This document shows, one piece after another, positions 36,411 through 48,100 of a stretch of 64,000 nucleotides of DNA (position 1 is the first letter of the stretch; every line of letters starts with the position of its first letter). The DNA comes from Podarcis bocagei (Eukaryota): the NCBI GenBank assembly GCA_964188305.1, contig OZ076890.1; one strand, written 5' to 3'. Both the position numbers and the translations under genes were made by a program. A model generated the notes under the pieces. The model saw nothing but the letters and a program-made list of their open reading frames with translations, ran no database searches and was not told the origin of the DNA.

Positions 36411-37750
36411 TGTATGTTCTGTCACTAAAATTTGATGGCTATCATTCACAACCTTGATGGCCCTTTGTATACTCTAAACTTGAAGTCTGGTTTTCAACAC
36501 CCTAATTAAGAGTGTCACCAATCACTGGTAGCCTGGCAACTCACCCATTGCCAGTTTACATCTTGGATATGGTCCCTATGCCTCAATCAGTAAGTGAGAA
36601 GGGAAAACCTACATCAATTACAACATCTTGAATCAAATGGTGCACTACACCATGTAAAGCTGCACTGCTAAAATTCTTATTTTTAAAAGGCCACTAAAGG
36701 TTTGGGAACCATGGATAATGAGGGTTTGTTATCCAAGTATGACGGCCTTGAAAATGAACAAAGAACACAGGACAATTAGGAACTTATCCTGGGAAAAAAG
36801 GTCAAGTACAGAATAAAACAAAATGCACTAAAAGAAAAACAGCAACCAGACATTTGTTTTTAAAATGCAACTTCTGGTCAAAGCACACACAAGACTCATA
36901 AAACGGGGACAATAGACCATTGATGTAAATATTGTTACAATGCCCTCTACTTCTCTCCATTTTGCTTACAGACAGGGAAAAACTGCAGCGTTTGGCAGTG
37001 ATGCATTGTCCTGCGGAAGCCAAACCTGTTCTACCGAGCCTGTTTACTGGTGCTAAAATCAGTGCTTCTCTCAAATCACCCCCCCCCCTTCATTTCAGCT
37101 CTGCCAGATCATTCAGACACACAATGGTGTGCAAATAAGGCGAGGTGGGGAAAGATACAGCATCGATTATGCAGTAAAACAGCTTTTCCTCCCCCCGCCC
37201 TTCTTTCCCTCTCCTCGCCTTTGACAGGCTGCTGCTCCTACATAGCAAACACAACCCAACAGCTGTTCTCCAGCAGCAGCAATATAACAGGCAGCTGCGA
37301 AAGCACCCGAGAGGGGGGCCGGCAGCAGGATACAGACAACCTGTAGAATCGCAGGCACTGCTAAACACGTAAACAAACAAACAAACAAACAAACACGTGT
37401 TTATGCCCTCTAACATTTCTACGCCTGCCTATGTGGAGAAGCGAGGGAGAGCGCTGGCTTCCACCTTTCCCCCTCCTCAGGTGAAATTAGGAATAAGCAC
37501 CATTTCAGAAATATAGCGAGAGAGAGATCCTGAAGGGATGCTTAAGGGAGAAAATGGGGTGTTTGCTTTGTTTCCCCCTCTCCCCACCTGCGCTTCATTG
37601 GTCGGGGGGCAAACTGGTCCCTTCGTGGAGGGAAGAAGGTTCCCCCCCAGCAGTCCTCCCTATGCAGAAAAGGGAGGGGAAAGAGGAAGCATTGGCAGGC
37701 TGGACTTCCTCAATTGCAGCAGCAGTTTGTCCCCCATCTTCCCTACTCAC

Positions 37751-38350
37751 CAACTGAGGAAGGAGTAGGCGGCAGAGGCGTCGCGCTGGCTGCTGCTGCT
37801 GCTGCTGCTCCCACCGCGGAGGAAGGGCGCGCGTCGCCGCCGCAGCTTCGCTGAGGCTCCCCGGCCGCTTCCCTCTCCTGCGACGTGTCCCGCGGCTGGG
37901 CGGGGCCGAGGCGGGAGCCAGAGACTACAAGGAAGGGCGGGGGCGGAATCTCCCGTCGCCAGGGCGGCCGGGCTACTACGCCTTCTCTTCGCACCCTCCC
38001 CTTGCCCTTGCCGGATGGGGGAGTACCATTTCGAAGCGCGGGGGGGGGAAAAGAATGGTGACAGCAAGATTTACGGGACACCCGCTTTTTCTATAAAGTG
38101 GCTCGGGGCTTCGCCTCGTCCCCGTTATCGCCTTCCCAGCCGCTTCAGCGTGGACAGCTCGCCTTGGCGATGTTTAAGTCGGATTCAAAGGCGCAGCTGC
38201 CCACCCCCACCCCGCCCCGATGAGATGGTGCATCCCAGCATCGCGCGTTTGGGCACGTCTCTAGCTCCACCTGCTGGCAGAAGCGGAGACTGCAGGGTTG
38301 GTTTGGTTCGAGTGTGGCACTAATCTCGGAGTTCATAGGTCGGGCTGCTG
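37751..38350 (-). promoter_or_regulatory. DOP1B: DOP1B CpG-island promoter and non-coding first exon (donor at 37750)
   Basis: CpG-rich island with GC boxes (GGGCGGGGCGG near 37935), a strong donor TTG|GTGAGT at 37751/37750 on the minus strand, and a position upstream of the ATG exon. Confidence 0.8.
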
Positions 38351-38903
38351 CGGGCAGTTTGGGAAATGCCAATCTCGTAATTAAAAGAGGGGCTTAATCT
38401 GTGTCCCTGGATCCTGCAAAAAAATCGAAAGGATACTGTTGAAAGGTTGGGAGATGAAGGTTAGCGATCCTTTTCACTCTTCGGCTTTTGGTTGTAAAAG
38501 TGTTTCCAGAGGGGGCTTTATTAGGTCAGCCGAGTCTAATTTTTATGTACGTATGACTGACATGTTTCTGTCCACACCTTTTTTTAGTCATCAGTTTTGC
38601 ATAGGTATTCCGTTATTTTCCCAGCCATCAGTGGGTGGCCCCTGATGAAATATTTCCATGCTGTGTTTTCTCCGCTCAGTCACTACTCCGTGCTATCCAC
38701 CATTGGCTTTTCCTGTTTGGGGCATGTGGGCAGCTATTTCCACAAGAAGAGAGCAAAAGTAAATGTTACCTGATGTTTCACTATTGGCAAAATTGAGGAT
38801 TGTTCTTTGGGGGTCGGGGAAGAATTAGGATTTCCCTTTGTAGTATTAATACTACTACTACACTGGACTTGTATGTTTTAACTATGGTTGTAGATTATTA
38901 GAG

Positions 38904-41368
38904 CAGTGTTTCCCAACCTTTTTTGGGCAAAGGCACACTTGTTTCATGAAAAAAATCTCGAGGCACACCACCATTAGAAAATGTTTAAAAAATTAACTCT
39001 GTGCCTATATTGACTATATATAAAGTAACTCTCTTTAATAGGAATCAAATAAACACAAAGAAAGTATTTTATAATTACTTTATTATGAAATAGTAAGTAA
39101 ACAGAAATATGAAAAATTATAAAATACTTGATTCAGTGCGCAACCTGGGCCTGTTTGGCTGAACACAAAGCTGATTCTGGCTGGAATCGAAGAAAGACAC
39201 ACACGTAGCTCTTCGTCAACAGCTCTCAGTCTCTCTCTGTATTTAGTTTTTATAGCAATCATGCTTGAAAAGCTCATCTCACACAGATATGGGAAATGGG
39301 AGCAATGTCAAAATAGCTTTGTTTGCCAGAAGGGGGAACTCCTTGGCAGTTTCCAACCAAAAACTGTCCAAAGGTAGATCAGCAAATCTTAGCTTGAAAC
39401 CACGATTTTGTCTCAGTTCAGTTAGTTCCTCCTGCTCCTGTAAAGTCATGTCCTTTCCACCAACTGATGCTGAGCTATAAGGGTCCCTAGCCCAGTCAAG
39501 GCATTCAGTGGAGACTGAAGAGAAATAAAATGACAACTTCCCCTCGAGAGTTTTTAAATGTTTAGCTATTATCTCACACAGTGCAGCAGTGTGAACACCT
39601 TGCCATTGCTTGGTGAGTGTGAACATTTCAAGATTGCCACTTTCCACGTGTTGATGCCAGAGTTGCAGCTTTGCACGGAATCCATTTATTTTATCTGTAC
39701 TTGTAAGCAGGTTTTCATTTTGGCCTTGCATTCGTGTGTTCAGTTCATTCAGATGATGAAATATATCTGCCAGGTATGCCAGCCTTGCACACCACTCATC
39801 ACTTGCAAGCAGTTTTGCGTAATCTGTCCTCTCATTTGTCAGAAACACTTTAAGTTCCTCCCGCAGCTCATACACACGAACCAAGACCTTGCCACGCGAC
39901 AACCACCGGACCTCCGTATGAAACAGCAAGGTTTTATGCTTCGCTCCCATCTCCTCACACAAAGCTGCAAATATGCGACTTTTCACGGGTCGTGACTTTA
40001 CAAAGTTTACCATGCGCACAACATCATCCAACACATGAACTAGGTCTGCTGGTAAAGTCTTGGCTACGAGGGCCTCACGGTGCAAAAAACAATGCGTAAC
40101 AATAACATTTGGATTTCTTTCCTTCACTCTGCTCACAAAGCCTTTGGTGTGCCCGACCATGGCTGCAGCTCCATCGGTGCAGACACTTGTGCAGTTTTCC
40201 CACTTAAGTCCTCCTTGTTCAAGGTATTCTGATGTGACCCGAAAAATTTCTTCTCCTGTTGCTTTTTCTGGCAATGCCTTGCAGAAAAAGAAGTTTTCTC
40301 TAATTGCATCACCATCAACAAAACGCACATTGGCCAAGAGTTGAGCATGTCCACTCGTCCAGTTGTAATGCAAATTTCTCACTGCTATGGATCTTTTCCA
40401 AAACCACACTTTCAATGTCTGCAGACATGTCATCAATACGTCTGGAAATTGTGTTGTTTGAGAGAGGGACTTTGGCTATTTCCTTAGCTGCTTCAGGTCC
40501 GAGCATCTCCTCTACAATAGCTTTGCAGGCGGGAAGTATTAATGTCTCTGCCACAGTGTGCGACTTTTTTGTCTTGGCTATAAGTTCAGCAACGTGATAG
40601 CTAGCTTTAAGAGCTCTTTCATTTACCTTTGAGGTTTGTCTCATGAAAGTTGCCTGTTTCTCCGTGTTTTCACGCAGGCGAACAAAATAGTCCACATTCT
40701 TGTTTTGAAGCGAAGGGTGTTTCGTTTGGAGATGGCGTTTAAGTTTGCTTGGGACCATAGCACTGTTAGCTAGCTTTTCACCACACACCACGCACAGTGG
40801 AGTTGGTTGGTTTGCATCTCCGGTGAAAGTAAATCCAAATGAAATATAGCTTTCGCTATATTGCCTTGTGACAGAGAATTTGCTTGAGCTAACCATCTTT
40901 GCTTTCTTTTCATGCCCACTCATACTTGGCCTCTCATCTGGCTCCAAATTTTGTTCAGAGTCCAGTTCTTTTCTTTTCAAAAACTTTTCCATCACTGCAG
41001 TATCCGGCCTCTCTGCAGTGCCGACTCCTGCTGAGTCCTGGTCTCTGTGCTCGGGCGGGAAGGAAGTCGGAAGATGATGTCCTACTGTGGTAGGTCCAGG
41101 CTGGAGTCCGGACCAATCACAGCCAGGCAAAAACATGCATACTGTGTGAGCTCAATGCAGCGGCTCATTTCTGCAAAGGAAAAAAAATGGGTTTAGATGG
41201 GGGGGAGAGGCGGGGTAGTCGTTATACAGAACAGTTTTTACTGCCTGTATTACGGGCACGAATTATACATGGGAATGGCGGGAAGAGTGACGGCAGCACA
41301 CGCAAAAGCGGAAGCCACGAGGTCCCCGAGGGCCTAGTGTGCCGCGGAACAGCGGTTGAAAAACACTG
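38904..41368 (-). mobile_element. hAT Buster/Charlie-type DNA transposon
   Basis: TIR CAGTGTTTCCCAACC / GGTTGAAAAACACTG, 8-bp nnnTAnnn TSD TATTAGAG/GATTAGAG, transposase inside. Confidence 0.9.
39133..40992 (-). pseudogene. Buster-family (ZBED5/SCAND3-like) transposase with three small frameshifting deletions
   Basis: BED finger [51 protein letters not shown]; frame breaks near 40354, 39290 and 39172. Confidence 0.92.
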
Positions 41369-41589
41369 GATTAGAGAGGGCAAGAGCAAGGCAATTTCCA
41401 TTGAGCTTCATGGCTAAGCAAGGAATTGAACTTCCAACATGGATGTCTTCCCCAGTTTACAGAAAACCTAAAAAGGTTGAAAAACACTGTAATAAGGCCA
41501 CTGTCACTTAATGGCTGTATACGCTGTTAAGTTTGTGAGAAACAGTTTTTGCTATCAAGCCTGCTTGGACATACCTAAACCATCTTTCC

Positions 41590-41830
41590 CAAATAAATTT
41601 TATATCCCCGCCCTCCCCAGCCAAGACCGGGCTCAGGGCGGCTAACAACAAATTAAAAAACAAGTCGATTGAAATATAATAAATAATAAAAAATAAGTCG
41701 ATTGAAATAAAAACAATAATAAAAAACAAGTTGATTGAAATAAAAAAAACCAATAATAAAACAACTTGATTGAAATATAACTTAAAAACAAGATTAAAAT
41801 ACAACATTTAAACATCAAAATGCGGTTGAG
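41590..41830 (-). mobile_element. L2 3' UTR fragment with internal ~33-bp tandem repeat
   Basis: Homologous to 17040-17155 (GGGCTCAGGGCGGCTAAC); 4-5 copies of AACAAGTCGATTGAAATA. Confidence 0.7.
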
Positions 41831-42409
41831 TTGCAGAATTCTGCAAGCAGAATAAATTCCACAGCCCCGATGCATTGGCACCTCGTGCCGTTTGAGTTGC
41901 AGAATTTATTCAGCACGCAGAAAATGGCCTTTTGGGGGGTGAATGTGGATGAAGCAGGAAGAGAACTTAAAAAAAAAGGCATGCATGAAATCTAGCCCCA
42001 AACACACACACGCACACTTTCCCCAAAGTGGTTGATGACGCAGGATATTTCCATATGCTTCTAAAATGCACATTAAATAAAATGAGAGAGAGGAGTGCAC
42101 GCACTCACCTGCCAGCCTCGGAGCTGTGGAATGCAGCGACATGAAGCAGTCTGTGTCCTTCCAGGCGCCAACTCAGACCTGCCGTGCTGTTTCGTTCCCC
42201 CGGCGTCGCTGCCTTCATCCAGCCGGATGCCTCTCCTGCCCAAGGGACGTGTCAGCAGCCACCCGGCGTGGGGTAGAGGCAGGACGGCCCCACTTCCTGC
42301 TGCCCACAAGGCTTTGGGGTGAGAAACACGGAGGGGCAGGAGAGTGGAGGTTGCCTTAATTGGAAAAAGCAGGGAGGTAGGCTGCTTGATGCCTGCTGAA
42401 GGGAATCCC

Positions 42410-42990
42410 GAAGGCGCGAAAACTTCGCGCACGCGCAGGCCCAGTAGCGAGCGGCGATGGGATGTGGGAGCTCGCTCGCTCGCCGCCCCGCGTGTGCTCG
42501 CCGAGCATGCGCAGGCCCAGTAGCGAGTGGCGATGGGATGTAGCGAGCGGCGATGGGGCTAGCCGGAGAAGAGAGGGCGAGCCCCCTCCGCTCCGGCCCT
42601 AAATAGGGCAAGCCACGCCCCCTCCAGCCAGCCGATTGGCTGGCCAGGAGGCGTGGCCGGATGGGATTCCCCTGCTCTCGCGGGGGCTGAGATGGGATTC
42701 CCCGCTCACGTGGGGGCAGATGGGATTCCCCGCTCACGTGGGGAAGGGCGTGATGCCCGCAACCCCACCTCCTGGGGCAGGCCCGGAAGTGGCTATGCGA
42801 GAAAACTTCGCGCATGCGCAGGCCCAGTAGCGAGCGGCGATGGGATGTGGGAGCTCGCTCGCTCGCCGCTCCGCGTGTGCTCGCCGCCGCCGCCCCTCAC
42901 CGCCCGACTCGCCCGCCTCCCTCCCACGGAACACAAGGCAACGTTCCACGGCACACTAGTGTGCCGCGGAACACCGGTTGGGAAACACTG
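42410..42990 (-). mobile_element. Second hAT 5' terminus with GC-rich subterminal repeats
   Basis: Ends CTAGTGTGCCGCGGAACACCGGTTGGGAAACACTG, homologous to 41334-41368; duplicated ~80-bp block (42418 and 42801) and GATGGGATTCCCC repeats. Confidence 0.75.
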
Positions 42991-43034
42991 TTTTAGAGCT
43001 ACTTTTGGGTTTTTTGTAAACCTTTTTATAAGTA

Positions 43035-43260
43035 CAGTGGTACCTCGGGTTACAGATGCTTCAGGTTACAGACTCCGCTAACCCAGAAATAGTGCTTCAG
43101 GTTAAGAACTTTGCTTCAGGATGAGAACAGAAATCGTGCTCCGGCGGCGCGGCAGCAGCAGGAGGCCCCATTAGCTAAAGTGGTGCTTCAGGTTAAGAAC
43201 AGTTTCAGGTTAAGAACGGACCTCCGGAACGAATTCAGTACTTAACCTGAGGTACCACTG
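43035..43260. mobile_element. Tigger/pogo-like MITE
   Basis: TA|CAGTGGTACCTC...GAGGTACCACTG|TA. Confidence 0.9.
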
Positions 43261-45187
43261 TAAACCATATATTGCGAAAAATATCACAGCCTCCAGTGAG
43301 CTGAACCTTGCGTGACTGTTGTATCCCTTGAATAATTTATTGCTCAGAAATAACACACATACTGTATGTATATTAACCTAACACACCTTTCATATTCCTG
43401 CTCACTAGGATTGGCTGAAACTAGTAGCTGAGCAGCAGCTCTCTGCAATTTTCAAATGAGGACCTCCTGCATCAGCAGCTGGAGGAATTTAGCCAGGGCT
43501 ACAAATGCAGAACAAGCTAGAAGAGACTAGGCTGAATATGCATTTCTGCGTGCCCAAGCGTCAGAGCTGAGCCTCGAGCCAAAGTGAGTAAGGCAGCCAA
43601 GCGAGTTCAGCAACAGGGCAGACTACTGTGTCCCTCCCCTCAGTGAACTTACAAGCCCCAGGTTCCCAAGTAAATTAACTCGCTCAGCAACAATATCTGC
43701 TGGTAGAATGCCAGCAGAGGTGTGGGAGCTTTCCAGTGTAGCACAGAATGTTGTACGTCTTCCTGATGGACAGAATCAGGGGTGGGGTATTCAGTGCAAA
43801 TCAGTCCTGGACCTCAGGGAGTTAGTTTGTTCCCTTGGGACCAAGGTAGTTGACCTGGATAAACAAAGGTTTGTAGATGAGACCATCATAGGACATGATA
43901 ATTGCATCCCACTCAACAACCTTTGCTCCACCAACAGCTTTGATCCTGCAAATCTGCTCCAGCTGCTGGAACAGATCAGTGAGATGGGAAGTATTCTGGT
44001 GGGGGCTTCTCTGGAAAGCTCGCCTGTTTCTCCCAACGTAGCAGTTCTGGTTTCCTTTTCTGACCATGGTAGTGGGTGATTTGATCTTTAGGGACGTGGA
44101 TAGCTGGTTTGTGATTGGTTTGCTGATCATATGGTAACTTGGCTTTGAAACAAAGAATACCGGTATTTAAAAAGTAACCTAATTAAAAAAACTTTAATCA
44201 TGGTGTTAAGAAGTTCTAAATAAGCAGGTAATTGTAACAGTTCATAATTTATTCAAATCTCACAAAAGTTCATGTAAAATACTATTTGCCTGATTCAGAG
44301 TTACATATATAGAATAGGTTAGCCGTACCAATATAATTGCATTTAATTTCTCCTGCAAAGTGGTTATGCATTCTCATTTTCTTACAAGTAGTAGAGATGT
44401 AAAAGAAGGACAGCAAGCTTTTGGCTCCACTTATTTTTTTTACAGGAGGGATATAACAAAATAGTAGGAATTAAGACGTTAATTAGAGGGCATCATTTTA
44501 GCCAGCAGCTGGTTTTCAATGCAAGGGCTCATATGACAGGGATCTTTATTTTATTTTGTTTAACTATGTTGGCTAAGTCTGTATTTTCCTCCACATTGAA
44601 TAACTACAGCTGGCACCTATTAATCTAGGGTTACAGGGCATGGGCCCTGATTTAAACACCCAGCATCTCTATTTTCTTTTAAGGGTGAAGGCAGCACTAG
44701 AGATGTAAAAAACAACAACACACCACATGTGAGTAGCGACAGGAAGTGTTTGTGTATGTGGGTGAGAGAGATGCACATGTTTCCTTACGTGTGAAGTTGT
44801 ACAGAGTAGTACAGTGTTTAAATTTATATTGTGATTGCAACTCACCACAGAGCAACAGGGAAGGTTAAAAAAAATTCTCCATCCATCCTCTTTTCAAGAG
44901 CTCTACTCATTAAGAGCCAGCTGCAATATCTCAGATAAGCTCCAGTTATTTTATTTATTAGTTGTTATTAAAACAATTTATATAGCACTTCACTATAATA
45001 GCCTTTAAGTGATTTACAAAGAATACAAAAAATAAAAATCAGTGAAAACTATAAAATAAAACTACAATTAAAATGCCTGCTGGAATAAAATTAGTCTTCA
45101 GTAGGCACTGGAGGCTCAGTAGGGAACAAGGAGCCCGTCTGATCTCAACTAGAATGGAGCGCCATAAAATTGGGCACATGCCAAAAT

Positions 45188-48100
45188 TCACCAAGGTTGA
45201 ACCGTTTTGTCACTAACAAACTGCCCGTGGGGCCCATCGGCTCCCGGGGGTAAAAGGGCCAAATACACTGGAGTCTCAGCTCCCTCATCAGGAGATTTTG
45301 GGGCTTTAGGACCTGCCATGTCAGTCCTGACCCACCCAGGGCAACAGGCATTCAGGAGAATACCATCACCTTTCCTCGTCTCATTCAGGTGCCTTGCTTG
45401 AATTCTGGACAAAACCGTTACCCCGATTTTGGTCACCCCATAAGCTGTATTTGGCCAACCCTCCTTCTCATGCACTCCCTTCTTGGTGTCTTCTACAAAT
45501 TTTTCCATGAGTTTCACTAGTTCCTCTTCAGTGATTGTCTCACTCCGAAACTTCTGCTGTAGTTCTGGGCTACACATGGCCAAGGCCCGGACACTCATGA
45601 CACTGGAGACATTCACTACTCTTCCTGTGACAAAAAAAGATGGTAATTCCACAATAACCAATGGACCATATCCAACACAAAGTAGACATATTGGGCAGAC
45701 CTAAGTTAGGCAAGCCAATTATTTATAATGTGTCCCCTCTGAGTAACACGTTGGGTACATGGGCACACCAGAACCTCAGATTTGTATTTATTTGTATTGT
45801 TACCCCAAATTTATTTGTACTGCAACCCCCACCCACCCCTTGGCTATGCCCATGATTGTGTACAACCCAATACTCTGCGGAGCAAGTAGAAATAATAAGT
45901 GTCATACTGCAAGTAAATAATGAAGAATAAATCATAAGCAAGTTGCATACACGAGAACAGAAACCTTTCTATGATGCCATGGAGATATTCTAAAATAAGA
46001 AACGGTTGACGGAAAATCTAAAATATATATGCTGTGTAATTTGAGTTTAATAGCTCTGAAGGCTATCACAGTGGCATTTAACACATACACACAGTGCTTT
46101 TTTCTGGGGGTACTCAAAGGTATGCAGAAAAAAAGCACTGTATACAATGTTTGGACATTTCAAGATAGAATGCAGCAGTTACTCAGAGTTGATCAATAGT
46201 GAAATTAGCCAGTAATTTCACTAGCTTCTCGAAATAGCTAGAAATCTGAATCTGACAGGCTGCTGATTTTACAATATTGTATCACACAGAGCAGAAAACA
46301 AATCCAGTTTGCTCCCCCTGCCCCTCCTCCTCCTCCTCCTCCTCCTCCTCCTTCTTCTTCTTCTTCTTCTTCTTCTTCTTCTTCTTCTTCAATAAATCCG
46401 TGTGATAAACCTCACTAAGCCCTATCTGGCTTAGTTCAACTTCTATTTGTCTCTTGTTTCATGTACTACATAAAGAGTGCTATCCTATCCTCTTTACACG
46501 ATGGCTGTAAAGAACAGGATCAGACTTGAAAAGCTCAGTTGGTCTGTCTGTCTATCTGTTTGTCTGTTGTTATTAGTAATTATTCATTTTTGATTTCCTA
46601 CCTGCCCTACTATAAGGTCCCCGGATGGGTTGTGACTATTTAAAAATACAATATTTACTCCTGCAGGATGAAAATGCAAAGCTCACCTTGTGGTTTAATA
46701 AGTGGTAATAACTCGTTGCAAATATTTCTGGTTGCAAAGAAGTTTGTTTTCATGGACACTTCTGCTTGTGTAGGAAACGGTGTGGGGTCCTCCACTTTTT
46801 ATTGGGCAAAGAAAATGGAAATACAAAAATATGCATTAAGGTACAAATGCACACAGTCTTTCCAGCACGTACACTAAAAAGGCAAACAACATAGTCCACT
46901 TATGGTCAACGTGAGTTGAAATTACATCGTGCAGCTGTAACATTATTGAAAATCTTACTACAGCCTTTAACAACCCGGTGCCCTCCAGAAGTTTTAGACT
47001 ATCCCATCAACCCCCAGCCAGCTGTTGTATATTTTACTTGTTTGATAACCTGTCTGCTTGTTTGGGGGATTATAGGGTTAACTTGGAAACCTAGCAAATA
47101 CCTCAAGGCTCAAATATCAAGTTAATTAAAACTCCTTGGTATGTGAGAGTTGCCTCATTTCTGGCTAAGGTGCTTCATGTGATTGACAGGAATCTATATT
47201 ATTGCACACCACCCCAATCTCTGAGTAGTGAAGGATTATAGGGGTTCAGGCATTGATGCAGGGTTCATGTTTCCTTTTGGAATAAGGCATGGCAGAGGCT
47301 TTGGTGTCTTTATGATATACAGTATATATACATAGGTAAAGGTAAAGGACCCCTGGATGGTTAATTCCAGTCAAAGGCAACTATGGGGTTGCGGTGCTCA
47401 TCTCGCTTCAGGCCAAGGGAGCTGGTGTTTGTCCGCAGACAGCTTTCCGGGTCATGACTATACCGCTACTGGGGCAACGGGACATCATGAGGTGTGCCAG
47501 AGTACACAGAAACACTGTTTACCTTCCCGCCGCAGCGGTACCTCTTTATCTACTTGCACTGGTGTGCTTTAGAACTTCTAGGTTGGCAGAAGGTGGGACA
47601 GAGCAATGGGAGCTCACCCCGTTGTGTGGATTTGAACCTTCTGATTGGCAAGCCCAAGAGGCAATGGAGGGGTTTACAGCATTAATGCCGTAAGAGAGCA
47701 TTGCTTCTCCCATAGCCACAGCCTTGGATTCCAGCAGAAATCAGGCCTGGCTTTCTCTCTGACTTTCCTGCCTGCAGCTTTTGCACCCAGCTTCTAGCTC
47801 ATATCACTCAACCCTCCACCCTGGCCCTCTGGCACAGAGCCACTCCCTTCCCGTAATGACTCATTAGCGAGCCATTTCAGTAACTGAAAATGTGCTGGAT
47901 CCAGCGATTAGAAGAGGGGCTCAGGCATACAGCCTCCCCTCCTCCCAACTCATCACAATATAAAAGGAGGAGAGGGGCAGTTCAAGGTGGAACTCAACCT
48001 GATAAGGAAAAACTTTGTAAACCTGGATTAAGGGACTGTTTCGTCCAGGGAAAGTAGATGGTGGTTTAATCCATTTTGCTTTAAAAGGAATATACTGCTT

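Noticed and set aside
37538-38372. Multiple short ORFs over the DOP1B CpG island
   Set aside because: Expected by-product of GC-rich, stop-poor promoter sequence
39133-41136. Domesticated ZBED5/SCAND3-like host gene
   Set aside because: Frameshifted and still bounded by TIRs and a TSD, so it is a transposon copy
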